Positions 41,513 to 50,653 of a stretch of DNA of 58,996 bases are shown here, one piece after another (position 1 is the first letter of the stretch; each line of letters starts with the position of its first letter). Below the pieces are notes generated by a model. That model worked only from the letters and a program-made list of their open reading frames with translations, was not told the origin of the DNA and did not search any database. Source of the DNA: Streptosporangiaceae bacterium. GTDB lineage: Bacteria; Actinomycetota; Actinomycetes; Streptosporangiales; Streptosporangiaceae. The stretch is from positions 1 through 58,996 of the forward strand of contig DATDIH010000057.1 of NCBI GenBank assembly GCA_036521155.1. The letters are read 5' to 3'. Both the position numbers and the translations under genes were made by a program.

Positions 41513-42442
41513 TCAAATACCCCTAGGGGGTATCGTACCGGCGGCGTCAAGCAAGGCGTCGAGCACCACCCGGACCGCGGGCTGACGGTCACCGCCGCGG
41601 CGGCTGACGGTGAAGATCTGCCGGGTGACCGGCTCGGCCAGCGGCAGCAGCCGGACTCCCGGGGGCAGTGAGCGGGCGGCCAGCCCCGGCACCAGAGTCA
41701 CCCCGGCTCCGGCCGCCACCAGGCTGAGCAGGACCCCGAAGTCGCTGGCCCGGGCCACCACCCGGGGCGCGAACCCGGCCCGGGCGCAAGCGCGCTGGAT
41801 CATCTCGGCGCAGGCCGTGCCGGTGCGCGGGGCCAGGAACGGCTGGCGGCCAAGGTCGGTGAGCCGGGCCGGCCCGTCGTGGCCGACGGCCGGGCCGTCG
41901 AAGCTGAAGTCGTCGCGGACGGCCAGCCGGACCGGATCGGCCAGCAGGTCCCGGCGTTCGAACAGCACGTCCATCGGCCGGGGGAAGATGTCGTACTCGT
42001 GCACCACGGCGATGTCGACCTCGCCGCGCAGCACCGCGGGCAGCGATTCCTCGGGCTCCATCACCTCCAGGTCGAGCTGAATGTGTGGCGCCGCCGGGCT
42101 GAGGGCCGTCCAGGCCGGAGCGACCACGGCCGTGGCCGCCGACGGGAACGCGGCCAGCGCCACCCGCCCGGCCACCTGATCCCGCAGCTCGGCCAGGTCG
42201 GCCTCGGCCGAGTTCAGCTGGGCCAGCAGGGCGTCGGTGTGCGCGACCAGGACCGTGGCCGCCGGGGTCAGCGCGATGCCGCGCCCGGCCCGCTCGGTGA
42301 GTGGCAGGCCGACTTCCCGCTCCAGCGCGGCCAGCTGCTGCGACACCGCGGGCGCCGAGTATCCGAGGGCCGACGCGGCCGCGGTCACCGAGCCGTAGGC
42401 GCTCACCGCGTGCAGGACCCGGAGCCGTCGCATATCCAGCAT
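41513..42442 (-). CDS. LysR-family transcriptional regulator
   Basis: The ATG at 42442 gives MLDMRRLRVLHAVSAYGSVTAAASALGYSAPAVSQQLAALE (wHTH), followed by a LysR substrate-binding domain. It is divergent from the DMT transporter. Confidence 0.85.
   Translation of the reverse strand: MLDMRRLRVLHAVSAYGSVTAAASALGYSAPAVSQQLAALEREVGLPLTERAGRGIALTPAATVLVAHTDALLAQLNSAEADLAELRDQVAGRVALAAFPSAATAVVAPAWTALSPAAPHIQLDLEVMEPEESLPAVLRGEVDIAVVHEYDIFPRPMDVLFERRDLLADPVRLAVRDDFSFDGPAVGHDGPARLTDLGRQPFLAPRTGTACAEMIQRACARAGFAPRVVARASDFGVLLSLVAAGAGVTLVPGLAARSLPPGVRLLPLAEPVTRQIFTVSRRGGDRQPAVRVVLDALLDAAGTIPPRGI
41517..41533. promoter_or_regulatory. CsoR/RcnR-type operator-like palindrome upstream of the permease
   Basis: ATACCCCTAGGGGGTAT: an AT-flanked G/C-tract inverted repeat, ~50 nt upstream of the permease ATG. 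It is part of a 16-nt direct repeat GGTTCAAATACCCCTA (41492-41507 and 41510-25). Confidence 0.4.
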
Positions 42443-42483
42443 GAAGCAAAACTTATCATTCGATCCAAGATTTTTAACTGGAC

Positions 42484-43443
42484 GTGACGAGTGATGCTGG
42501 GCAGCCTGGAGGCATGGACACCACTGATTTGATCGAAGGTAGGTGTGTGCCTGTCCCGCGCAGACGCGGGACACGTCCGGTCAGCCCGGTTCCGGCCGAT
42601 TCACGGTCAGCGGTCCTGGCCGCAGCGGGCACGGTGGTGCTCTGGGCCAGCGCGTTTCCGGCTATCGCGGTGGCGGTGCCGCAGCTGGGGCCGGTGGGGC
42701 TGTCGGTGGCCCGGCTGGGGGTCGCCTCGGTGGCGCTGGCGCTGGCCGCGCCGTTCCTGCGGGTGCGGCGGCCCCGGGTCCGGGATCTGCCGCTGATCGC
42801 GCTGTGCGGGCTGGCCGGGATGACCGGCTACCAGCTGCTGCTCAACCAGGGGGAGCGGGTCGTGCCCGCGGGCACCGCCAGCCTGCTGGTGGCCACGGCC
42901 CCGGTCTACGCCAGCCTGCTCGCCACCTGGTTCCTGGGCGAGCGGGCGACCCGGCGCCGGTGGGCGGGCAGCGCGGTCGCATTCGCCGGCTCGGCGCTGA
43001 TCGCGGCCTCGCACGGTCTGGGCTTCGGCGCGGCCGCGCTGGTGGTGCTGGCCGCGGCCGTGCTGCAGGCCGTCTTCCACACCGCCAGCAAGCCGCTGCT
43101 GGCCCGCTATACCGGGTTCGAAGTCACCGTGTACGCCATGTGGGCCGGCACCGTGTTCATCCTGCCCTGGACCGGAAGCCTGGTGCACGCGCTGCCGCAC
43201 GCTGGAGCGGGGGCGATCGGCGCGGCGGTGTTCCTGGGGGTCGCTCCGTCCGCGGTGGGCTTCGCGCTCTGGGCTTACGCCCTGAGCCGGATGGGCGTGG
43301 GCCGGGCCACCACCGCGCTGTACCTGGTGCCCGCGGCCGCCATCGTCATCGCCCTGGTCTGGCTGGGCCAGGTGCCGGGCCCCCTGGAACTTGCGGGCGG
43401 TGCCATCGCGCTGGCCGGCGTGCTGCTCGCGAACCGGGAGTGA
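42484..43443 (+). CDS. DMT-superfamily (EamA-like) transporter
   Basis: About 10 TM segments in two EamA-like halves. The start is uncertain (GTG 42484 or ATG 42514). Confidence 0.8.
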   Translation: MTSDAGQPGGMDTTDLIEGRCVPVPRRRGTRPVSPVPADSRSAVLAAAGTVVLWASAFPAIAVAVPQLGPVGLSVARLGVASVALALAAPFLRVRRPRVRDLPLIALCGLAGMTGYQLLLNQGERVVPAGTASLLVATAPVYASLLATWFLGERATRRRWAGSAVAFAGSALIAASHGLGFGAAALVVLAAAVLQAVFHTASKPLLARYTGFEVTVYAMWAGTVFILPWTGSLVHALPHAGAGAIGAAVFLGVAPSAVGFALWAYALSRMGVGRATTALYLVPAAAIVIALVWLGQVPGPLELAGGAIALAGVLLANRE

Positions 43444-43558
43444 ACCTGAGCTGCGGTTATCTGGCCCGTCACGGTCCCTGGCCGCGCCAACCTTGATCAC
43501 TGTCCGGTCGGCACTCTAACGTGTGACTCTGATCACTACTCCAGCACGGGAGAGAGCA

Positions 43559-43987
43559 ATGTCCGGAATCGTCGTGGGCATCGATGCGTCGACCCACTCC
43601 ATGGCCGCCCTTAACTGGGCTATGCGGGAGGCGGCCGTGAAGAATGTGCCGCTGACCGTCATCACCGTCGAGATCGTGGCCGCCAGCGGATGGGGCGGCA
43701 GCCAGGTGTACGGCGCCGACTTTGAGCTGCGGGACAAGGCCCAGAAAGCTGCGGAAGAGGCCGTGGCCGCGACCGCGAAGTCGCTGGGCGACGCGGCCCC
43801 GGCGTCGGTGACCGTGCGGGCCCTGCTCGGCCAGCCCGCCGAGCAGCTGCTCGAGGCGGCCAAGGGCGCCGACCAGCTGGTCCTGGCCCGTCGCGGCACC
43901 GGCGGCTTCAACCGGCTGATGCTGGGCTCGGTCACCAGCCAGGTCGTGCACCACGCCGACTGCCCGGTGACGATCGTCCCGGACTGA
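43559..43987 (+). CDS. Universal stress protein
   Basis: The ATG at 43559 follows GGGAGAGAG. MSGIVVGIDASTHSMAALNWA and the C-terminal G-x2-G-x9-GSV motif (RRGTGGFNRLMLGSVTSQV) are present. Confidence 0.85.
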   Translation: MSGIVVGIDASTHSMAALNWAMREAAVKNVPLTVITVEIVAASGWGGSQVYGADFELRDKAQKAAEEAVAATAKSLGDAAPASVTVRALLGQPAEQLLEAAKGADQLVLARRGTGGFNRLMLGSVTSQVVHHADCPVTIVPD

Positions 43988-44167
43988 GCTAGGCCTGAAC
44001 GCCGCCCGCCAGGCCACCGCGGCTTGGCGGGCGGCGAAAAGTTCTACACGGACATTGACAGCTCCCAGGCGTCAGTAGACACTCAACTCGTCCGCCCGCG
44101 TGTGATCCTGTTCGAATGTGATCATGCTCGGAGGGTCCAGCTGTGTCTGCCCAGCCAAGGAGCCCTG

Positions 44168-45823
44168 GTGAAGCATCTCCTGTCCGCCGCGCGCCCCCGC
44201 CACGCGATCCTGCTGGTCATCGCCTTCCTGTTCGCGGCCGGGGTCCCGGCGGTTCCCGCCCTGGCCCAGGCCGCTACCTCCACGGCCCCGACGGCCGCCT
44301 CAGCCCCGGCGGGCACTTCCGCCTCAGCCAAGCTCGCCTGCAACGTGGCCGCCGTCCAGTCCGCTCTCCACGTCCCGGACGTCACCGTGGTCACGGTCAG
44401 CCCGCAGACCAGCGGCAGCTACCCGGTGCCCGGCACCAGCACAACGCTGACCGGCCTGCCGGCCTTCTGCGAGGTCGCGCTGGCCCAGGCCGACGGGCAC
44501 GGCAACACCATCAACATCACGGTCTGGTTGCCCAGCGACTGGAACGGGCGGTTCGAAGGCGTCGGCGGCGGCGGGTACAGCTGCGGCGTCAGCTACCCGG
44601 CGCTGGGCACCGCCATCCAGGCCGGCTACGCCAGTGCTTCCACCGACTGCGGCAACCACCAGGCCGACGGCAGCTTCGCCCTGACCAGCTCGGGCCAGCT
44701 GAACTGGCCGCTGATCACCGACTTCGCCTCGGTCGGCATCCACGACATGTCGGTCACCGGCAAGGCCGTGACCGCCGCCTACTACGCCAGCCAGCCGCGC
44801 TACTCCTACTTCAACGGCTGCTCGACCGGCGGCCGCGAGGGGCTGATGGAGGCCCAGCGCTACCCGGCCGACTACAACGGCATCGTGTCCGGGGCGCCGG
44901 CCATCAACTGGACCCGGTTCATCCCGGCCGAGATCTGGCCCGAGCTGGTCATGAAGGAGAGCAGCGACTACCTGCCCACCTGCAAGGAAGACGCGTTCAC
45001 GGCGGCCGTGGTCAAGGCCTGCGACCCCCGCGACGGAGTGACCGACGGCATCATCAGCGACCCGGCCGACTGCCACTGGAACCCGGCCACCCTGGTTGGC
45101 ACCGTGACCCCCTGCGGCACGATCACCGCCACCGACGCCGCCGTGGTGGCCAAGATCTGGCAGGGTCCGGTCAGCACCCGCGGGACCAAGCTCTGGTACG
45201 GGCTGGAACCGGGGGCCAGTTTCGACGGCCTCGCCGCCACCACCACGGTCAACGGGGTCACCGGCCCAGCACCGTTCTCGATCTCGGCCACCTGGCTCGG
45301 CACCTGGCTCCAGCAGAACCCGTCCTGGAACTGGCAGACGCTGACCTACGCCCAGTTCGACCGGCTGTTCCAGCAGTCGGTGCGGGAATTCTCCGGCGTC
45401 ATCGCTACCGACAACCCCAACCTGTCCCAGTTCAAGCGGGCCGGCGGCAAGATCCTCATCTGGCACGGCCTGGCCGATCAGCTGATCTTCCCCCAGGGCA
45501 CGATCAACTACTACCAGCGCGTCCAGCAGGCCATGGGCGGCCCGCAGCGCACAGACTCGTTCGCGCGCCTCTTCCTGGCTCCCGGCGCCCAGCACTGCGC
45601 CAGCGCCGCCGGCCCGGCCCCAGCCAACCCCCTGGCCGCCGTGGCCAGCTGGGTCGAGCACGGCCAGGCCCCGACCTCCATCCTGGCCACCGTCACCGAC
45701 CCCGCCACCGGCGCCGTCACCCTGTCCCGCCCCCTGTGCGCCTACCCCCTGACCGCCCACTACACCGGCCACGGCAGCCCCTCGGTCGCCAGCAACTTCT
45801 ACTGCGCCCCCGGGAAGCCCTAA
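44168..45823 (+). CDS. Tannase/feruloyl-esterase-family secreted alpha/beta hydrolase
   Basis: The GTG at 44168 follows AAGGAG. A signal peptide ends ALAQA, and the family motif FNGCSTGGREG is present. The track start (44024) is an extension. Confidence 0.85.
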   Translation: MKHLLSAARPRHAILLVIAFLFAAGVPAVPALAQAATSTAPTAASAPAGTSASAKLACNVAAVQSALHVPDVTVVTVSPQTSGSYPVPGTSTTLTGLPAFCEVALAQADGHGNTINITVWLPSDWNGRFEGVGGGGYSCGVSYPALGTAIQAGYASASTDCGNHQADGSFALTSSGQLNWPLITDFASVGIHDMSVTGKAVTAAYYASQPRYSYFNGCSTGGREGLMEAQRYPADYNGIVSGAPAINWTRFIPAEIWPELVMKESSDYLPTCKEDAFTAAVVKACDPRDGVTDGIISDPADCHWNPATLVGTVTPCGTITATDAAVVAKIWQGPVSTRGTKLWYGLEPGASFDGLAATTTVNGVTGPAPFSISATWLGTWLQQNPSWNWQTLTYAQFDRLFQQSVREFSGVIATDNPNLSQFKRAGGKILIWHGLADQLIFPQGTINYYQRVQQAMGGPQRTDSFARLFLAPGAQHCASAAGPAPANPLAAVASWVEHGQAPTSILATVTDPATGAVTLSRPLCAYPLTAHYTGHGSPSVASNFYCAPGKP

Positions 45824-45924
45824 CCACCCTGCTTTCAGCAGATTTATTTACCGTGACCGGCCAGCACCGGCCGTACTCCGGTTGCCCGCTCCGGTACCGG
45901 TCCCGCTGACACCACCCCCGTCCT

Positions 45925-45954
45925 GCCCCCGGCGCCAACGAAGCCGCCGGGGGC
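45925..45954. terminator. Bidirectional GC stem-loop between convergent genes
   Basis: GCCCCCGGCG (45925-34), 10-nt loop, CGCCGGGGGC (45945-54). It lies between the esterase stop and the stop of the membrane-protein gene. Confidence 0.5.
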
Positions 45955-45957
45955 GGG

Positions 45958-47085
45958 TCAGTGCAGCGGCTTGGCGCGGTTGATCAAATCGGTGTTGGGC
46001 AAGTTTGGATCGAAAGGCGGCCCGCACCGGCCACCCGCCCCGGTCGTCGTCTTTCCGGTGCTGACCGGCGGCAGCACAGGGCCAGCGGGCCATTGTGGTG
46101 CCGCTCCTGGCTGTTCCAGCCAGCCGATGACGCCCGTCGGTCCTTGCACCGTTTGCTCATCGCACTGGTCTGTGATCCGCCAGCAGCTCTCTACGTTTCC
46201 CTGAAAATCACGCGACCGTTTGAAGGCTGGATTGCTGCCCATAAAATTTGAATTCAGATTGCATAGCTGTTCCGATCTAACGTCTTTGTCGGGCACGTAG
46301 ACGATGGTCCGGCTGTCGTCGATCAGCAGCTGCATCGTTCCGTTGTCGTCGGCCAGCACGAAGGCCACCGGCTTCTGCGACCGTGATGCGATTGGCCTGG
46401 TCAAGTTCGTGCTGATCGGATGCTTGAGGGTTACCACCACGGAGGGTGCCCAGGGCTGGTCGAGGGTGAGCAGCAGGAACAGCGCGAAGATGATGGCTGA
46501 GCTGATCAAGCTTGCCCTGGGCAGCGGAAAACCCTTCCTAAGTTCTACCCCAGGCCGTGGTACCCCGATCCTCGGAAAGAAGCGGGTGCCTCTGCGGAAG
46601 CCGAAAGCGATGAGCCTCAGGAGACTCGCGACCTGATCCCTTGTGAGGTTGTATGCGATCAGTTCAAACAGCACGAGGGCGATCGACAGAACCGCAGCCT
46701 CGAAGAAGTAACGCAATGGCGAAAGCAGGAAGAGGAAGATGGCTACGCCCGCGAACAGGGTGCGGTAGGGCTTGAGGCTCCATGCTTTGAAGAAGCTGGC
46801 GAAGAGCAGCCAGGCCGCCTCGACACTGATCATGGCCAGGAAGAAGTAGCTGTAGATCGAGATCGTCCCCAGCAGCACGGAGGCTGGTGCTGTCGAGGCC
46901 AGCGTCGCCACTACGTTGACGTTGTAATGGGCCGCGCCATACACCTTTATCAGCAGAACGCTGAACAGCAGGAGTGAGGACAGCACGGACACGCTGAGCA
47001 GGTCACGGGCGAGGGCATGCTCATCTGGTGCTGGATTCCCCCCGCTGGTGAAAGCGGCTTTCCCGCGTTTGCTGGCCGGTGTCAT
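45958..47085 (-). CDS. Membrane protein of unknown function (lower-GC gene)
   Basis: 375 aa with ~6 TM segments in the N-terminal 230 aa, then a Cys-containing extracytoplasmic domain. Its codon composition is visibly less GC-rich than its neighbours. I do not recognise the family. Confidence 0.5.
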   Translation of the reverse strand: MTPASKRGKAAFTSGGNPAPDEHALARDLLSVSVLSSLLLFSVLLIKVYGAAHYNVNVVATLASTAPASVLLGTISIYSYFFLAMISVEAAWLLFASFFKAWSLKPYRTLFAGVAIFLFLLSPLRYFFEAAVLSIALVLFELIAYNLTRDQVASLLRLIAFGFRRGTRFFPRIGVPRPGVELRKGFPLPRASLISSAIIFALFLLLTLDQPWAPSVVVTLKHPISTNLTRPIASRSQKPVAFVLADDNGTMQLLIDDSRTIVYVPDKDVRSEQLCNLNSNFMGSNPAFKRSRDFQGNVESCWRITDQCDEQTVQGPTGVIGWLEQPGAAPQWPAGPVLPPVSTGKTTTGAGGRCGPPFDPNLPNTDLINRAKPLH

Positions 47086-47256
47086 GCGCAGAGGGTACAG
47101 CCGGTAAACACTCCGGAGAAAAGCCTCAGATACCCTTCTGGCTGGAAAAAGACATTCGTTATGTCATGAATAATCAATTGCCGGAAACGGACATGGTTCA
47201 TGAGGGTCGAGAGCGTTATAAAGCGAACATAGCTGCAGGTCGGGTGGGATTGATGG

Positions 47257-48264
47257 TCAGGGAGTGCCGGACGGTGGTTCGGGGCCGAAACCGAACAAGC
47301 CCACCAGGGCCGGGTCGGCCACGGCCAGGATGCCGGCGATGCCAGTCGGAGTGACCGTCAGGACGGCGACGCCGTACGGGTGGTGGCGGCCGTCGGGACC
47401 GCGCAGCCATACGGCCGCGGCCGGCTGGCCGTTGGCCGAGGTGGGGGCCATGCGCCAGTCGCCGGGGGAGAGGAGGCCGGCCACGGCGCCCGCCTTGGCC
47501 GCGTCGCCCGCGAACCAGATGGCCGACGGGGGTAGCTCCAGGGTGGCGTCCTGGCGGAGCAGCTCAGCCAGGGCGGCGGCGTCCGAGGTCTCGAACGCCT
47601 TCATATAACCCTCCAGCAGCCGCCGGGCCTGGGCCGCGGTGGGCTCAACGACCTGGTCGGCGGCCGGGCTGACCTGCTGGAGCCGGGTCCGGGCCCGCTG
47701 CAGCAGGCTCTTGACCGCGGGCACGCTGAGCTCCAGCATGGCCGCCACCTCGGCGGCGGGGAAGGCCAGCACGTCGCGCAGCAGCAGCACAGCCCGCTGC
47801 CGGGGTGGCAGGTACTGGAAGCTGGCCACCAGGGCCAGCCGCAGGCTCTCCCGGGTCACGGCCGCCGCGGCCGGGTCCGCCGCCGGGTCCTCGGGCCCCG
47901 CAATGACCAGCGCGTCCGGGATCGGCTGCAGCCAGAAGGCCGGGCCCTGGCCGTCGGCGGCTCCATGGGTGGAGGCGGATGCGTCGGTGGCTGGGGCGCC
48001 CAGGCCGGACGGCAGCGGCCGCCGGGACCGGGTTTCCAGCGCGGTCAGGCAGGCGTTGCTGGCGATGGTGTACAGCCAGGTCCGCAGGGAGGACCGGCCT
48101 TCGAACGCGGCGTAGCCGCGCCAGGCCCGCAGGTAGGTCTCCTGCACCAGGTCTTCCGCCTCGTCGGCCGAGCCGAGCAGCCGGTAGCAGTGGGCCAGCA
48201 GTTCGCGGCGGAACGGCTCGGTGTTCCGGGTGAAATCCGTATCGTCGGCCGCGGTGCGGGTCAT
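47257..48264 (-). CDS. ECF sigma factor with a C-terminal SnoaL/NTF2-like extension (SigJ/ECF41-like)
   Basis: Region 2 is DLVQETYLRAW. Region 4 is LPPRQRAVLLLRDVLAFPAAEVAAMLELSVPAVKSLLQRAR. A ~110-aa C-terminal extension follows. CGGAGGA lies upstream of the ATG. Confidence 0.85.
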   Translation of the reverse strand: MTRTAADDTDFTRNTEPFRRELLAHCYRLLGSADEAEDLVQETYLRAWRGYAAFEGRSSLRTWLYTIASNACLTALETRSRRPLPSGLGAPATDASASTHGAADGQGPAFWLQPIPDALVIAGPEDPAADPAAAAVTRESLRLALVASFQYLPPRQRAVLLLRDVLAFPAAEVAAMLELSVPAVKSLLQRARTRLQQVSPAADQVVEPTAAQARRLLEGYMKAFETSDAAALAELLRQDATLELPPSAIWFAGDAAKAGAVAGLLSPGDWRMAPTSANGQPAAAVWLRGPDGRHHPYGVAVLTVTPTGIAGILAVADPALVGLFGFGPEPPSGTP

Positions 48265-49894
48265 CGAGGGTCCTCCGGGTGGTGTCTACGCGATCCGGGC
48301 CGGCCAGCCAGGCCCAGACCTTCGGTAGATATAAAGACCCGGAAATGACCGCGGAGGAATCGGTTCCGGCGTACTGAGCCCGTAGCTTGCCTTTTTGCAG
48401 CTTGCCGGTGGCGGTGCGGGGGAGCGCGGTGACGAAGTCCATCGACCGGGGCACCTTGTAGTGCGCGATGCGGTCGCCCAGGAAGGCCAGCAGTTCGGCC
48501 TCCAGGTCCGGGCCGGGCGCCGCGCCAGGAGCGGGCTGGACGACGGCCTTGACCGATTCGCCCATCTCGGGGTCGGGGACACCGATGACCGCGATGTCGA
48601 GCACCTTGGGGTGCAGGGCCAGCACGTTCTCGATCTCCTGCGGGTAGATGTTGACCCCGCCGGAGATGATCGTGAACGCCCGCCGGTCGGTCAGGAACAG
48701 ATAGCCGTCCTCGTCGAGGTAGCCGATGTCCCCGGTCGTGGTCCAGGCCGGGTGCTGCGGGTGCTGGGCCTCCCGGGTCTTGGCCGGGTCGTTGTGATAG
48801 GTGAACGGCACCTTGTCGCGCTCGAAGTAGACCAGGCCGATCTGGCCGGCCGGCTGCTCGGTGCCGTCCTCGGTGCAGACGCGCAGGGTGCCCAGGCCGC
48901 CCTGGCCGACCGAGCCCGGCTTCTTGAGCCACTGCTCGGAGTCGATGAAGGTGACGCCGTTGCCCTCGGTGGCCGCGTAGTACTCGCGCAGGATCGGGCC
49001 CCACCAGTCGATCATGGCCCGTTTGACGTCGACCGGGCACGGGGCGGCCGCGTGGATGGCCACCCGGTGACTGGACAGGTCGTGGCCCAGGCGCTGCTCG
49101 TCGGGCAGCTTGAGCATGCGGATGAACATCGTCGGCACCCACTGGCTGTGGGTGATCCGGAACTCCTCGACGGCCTGCAGCGCCCGCACCGGGTCGAACG
49201 ACGGCAGCACCACCACGGTCCCGCCCAGGGCCTGGACGAACGCACCGAACCGCAGCGGAGCCGCGTGATAGAGCGGAGCCGGGGTGAGGTACACCGTGTC
49301 CCGGTCGAAGCCGTACATGGCGCCGAACACGCTGACCAGCGGATCGCCTGGCTCATCCACCCGGCGATCCTGCAGCGGCAGCTTAATGGCCTTGGGCAGG
49401 CCGGTGGTGCCCGAGGAGTACAGCATGTCGGCGCCGACCCGGGAATCGGCCAGCGGCTCGGGCGAGCTGGCGGCCAGCGCCGCCTCGTAGTCCTCGTGCC
49501 CCGGTACCGGGCCGCCGAACGCGAGCCGGCTTTCGATGCCCGGGGTCTCGCCCGCCACGGCCAGGGCCTGCTCGGCCTTGGCCGCCGACACGACCAGCGC
49601 TCTGGCCCCGCAGTCGTTGAGGATGTAGCTGATCTCGGCCTGCTGGAGGTGGTGGTTGACCGCGGTCAGGTACAGGCCGCTGCGCAGCGCGGCCCAGTAC
49701 ACGTCGTAGTAGCGGGCGCTGTTCTCCGACAGCAGGGCCACGTTGTCGCCGCGGCGTAGCCCGCGCTCGTACAGCAGGCGGGCCAGCCGGGCTGACCGGT
49801 CTTCCAGCTGCGCATAGGTCAGGGTGTCGCTGCCGTCGGCCATGATCACGGCGGGCTGCTCCGGCGACGTCGCCGCGTAGGTCCCGGGGTACAT
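47645..49894 (-). CDS. Acyl-CoA synthetase (AMP-binding); the enzyme part ends near 48371, but the first in-frame stop is at 47645
   Basis: AMP-binding motif YSSGTTGLPKA and C-terminal motif TATGKLQKGKLRAQY (Y codon at 48371-73). After this the frame runs without a stop across the spacer and ~620 nt of the sigma-factor gene, giving Arg/Pro/Gly-rich sequence. The probable start is the ATG at 49894 (MYPGTYA). Confidence 0.6.
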   Translation of the reverse strand: MYPGTYAATSPEQPAVIMADGSDTLTYAQLEDRSARLARLLYERGLRRGDNVALLSENSARYYDVYWAALRSGLYLTAVNHHLQQAEISYILNDCGARALVVSAAKAEQALAVAGETPGIESRLAFGGPVPGHEDYEAALAASSPEPLADSRVGADMLYSSGTTGLPKAIKLPLQDRRVDEPGDPLVSVFGAMYGFDRDTVYLTPAPLYHAAPLRFGAFVQALGGTVVVLPSFDPVRALQAVEEFRITHSQWVPTMFIRMLKLPDEQRLGHDLSSHRVAIHAAAPCPVDVKRAMIDWWGPILREYYAATEGNGVTFIDSEQWLKKPGSVGQGGLGTLRVCTEDGTEQPAGQIGLVYFERDKVPFTYHNDPAKTREAQHPQHPAWTTTGDIGYLDEDGYLFLTDRRAFTIISGGVNIYPQEIENVLALHPKVLDIAVIGVPDPEMGESVKAVVQPAPGAAPGPDLEAELLAFLGDRIAHYKVPRSMDFVTALPRTATGKLQKGKLRAQYAGTDSSAVISGSLYLPKVWAWLAGPDRVDTTRRTLDDPHRGRRYGFHPEHRAVPPRTAGPLLPAARLGRRGGRPGAGDLPAGLARLRRVRRPVLPADLAVHHRQQRLPDRAGNPVPAAAAVRPGRPSHRRIRLHPWSRRRPGPGLLAAADPGRAGHCGARGPGGGPGRGGRDPGEPAAGPGGQLPVPATPAAGCAAAARRAGLPRRRGGGHAGAQRARGQEPAAAGPDPAPAGQPGRRPGR

Positions 49895-49930
49895 GCCAGC
49901 CAGCGTTACGGACCGGTGCCCTGGCGTCAA

Positions 49931-50653
49931 TCAGTCGCTCACAGCGGCGACCTGCTCGGCCGTGGTCTCCTGCTCAACCGGGGTCCGCAGGGCGCGGAAG
50001 ACCGTGGTCTGCCGCAGCTCGAAACCCATCGCCTCGTACAGCCGGATCGCGCTCGTGTTGGTCGCCACCGCGTGCAGGAACGGGGTGTCCCCGCGGGCCC
50101 GGATGCTGGCCACCAGCACCCGGACCAGCCGGGAGGCGAACCCGTGCCCGCGCCAGGCGTCGTCGGTGCAGACCGCGCTGATCTCGGTCCAGCCGGGTGG
50201 CTTGAACCGTTCCCCGGCCATCGCGACCAGCGCCCCGTCGCGCCGGATGCCGACGTAGCGGCCGAGCTCGACGGTGCGGGGGAGGAACGGGCCGGGTTTG
50301 GTGCGTTCGGTGAGGTCCAGCATCTCCGGCACGTCGGCGGCCCCGAGCTCGATCACCTCGGCGCCGGGCTCGGTGCCCGCCACTCCGGCACCGACCAGCT
50401 GAACCCCCTGGCCGGCCCAGAGCGGCTGCCAGCCGCCCGGCGGGGTGGCCCGCTCCCCGGCCAGCGCCAGCCTGCCGCCGGGTCCGGCCAGCGCGGCCAG
50501 GTCGGCCCAGTCGGCCGGCTCCGGACCCGCGGGCAGGGCGGCGAACGGCACCACGTCGGGTGGGTAGCGCAGGGCCCGGCCGTGGCCTTCGGCGAAGCTC
50601 GCGTGCCCGCCGAGCAGGGACGACCGGACCGGGTTGTCGAGCGGGTGCGTCAC
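49931..50653 (-). CDS. GNAT-family N-acetyltransferase
   Basis: 240 aa. The C-terminal acetyl-CoA site is WRGHGFASRLV...AIRLYEAMGF. It is 4-nt-coupled to the upstream oxidoreductase and abuts the synthetase ORF. Confidence 0.75.
   Translation of the reverse strand: MTHPLDNPVRSSLLGGHASFAEGHGRALRYPPDVVPFAALPAGPEPADWADLAALAGPGGRLALAGERATPPGGWQPLWAGQGVQLVGAGVAGTEPGAEVIELGAADVPEMLDLTERTKPGPFLPRTVELGRYVGIRRDGALVAMAGERFKPPGWTEISAVCTDDAWRGHGFASRLVRVLVASIRARGDTPFLHAVATNTSAIRLYEAMGFELRQTTVFRALRTPVEQETTAEQVAAVSD

Noticed and set aside
47645-48263. Treating the C-terminal ~205 aa of the 761-aa ORF as a real protein domain overlapping the sigma gene.
   Set aside because: Its composition is shadow-frame-like (Arg/Pro/Gly). 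The sigma-factor frame carries clear region 2/4 motifs. The anomaly is reported as a missing stop rather than a new domain.
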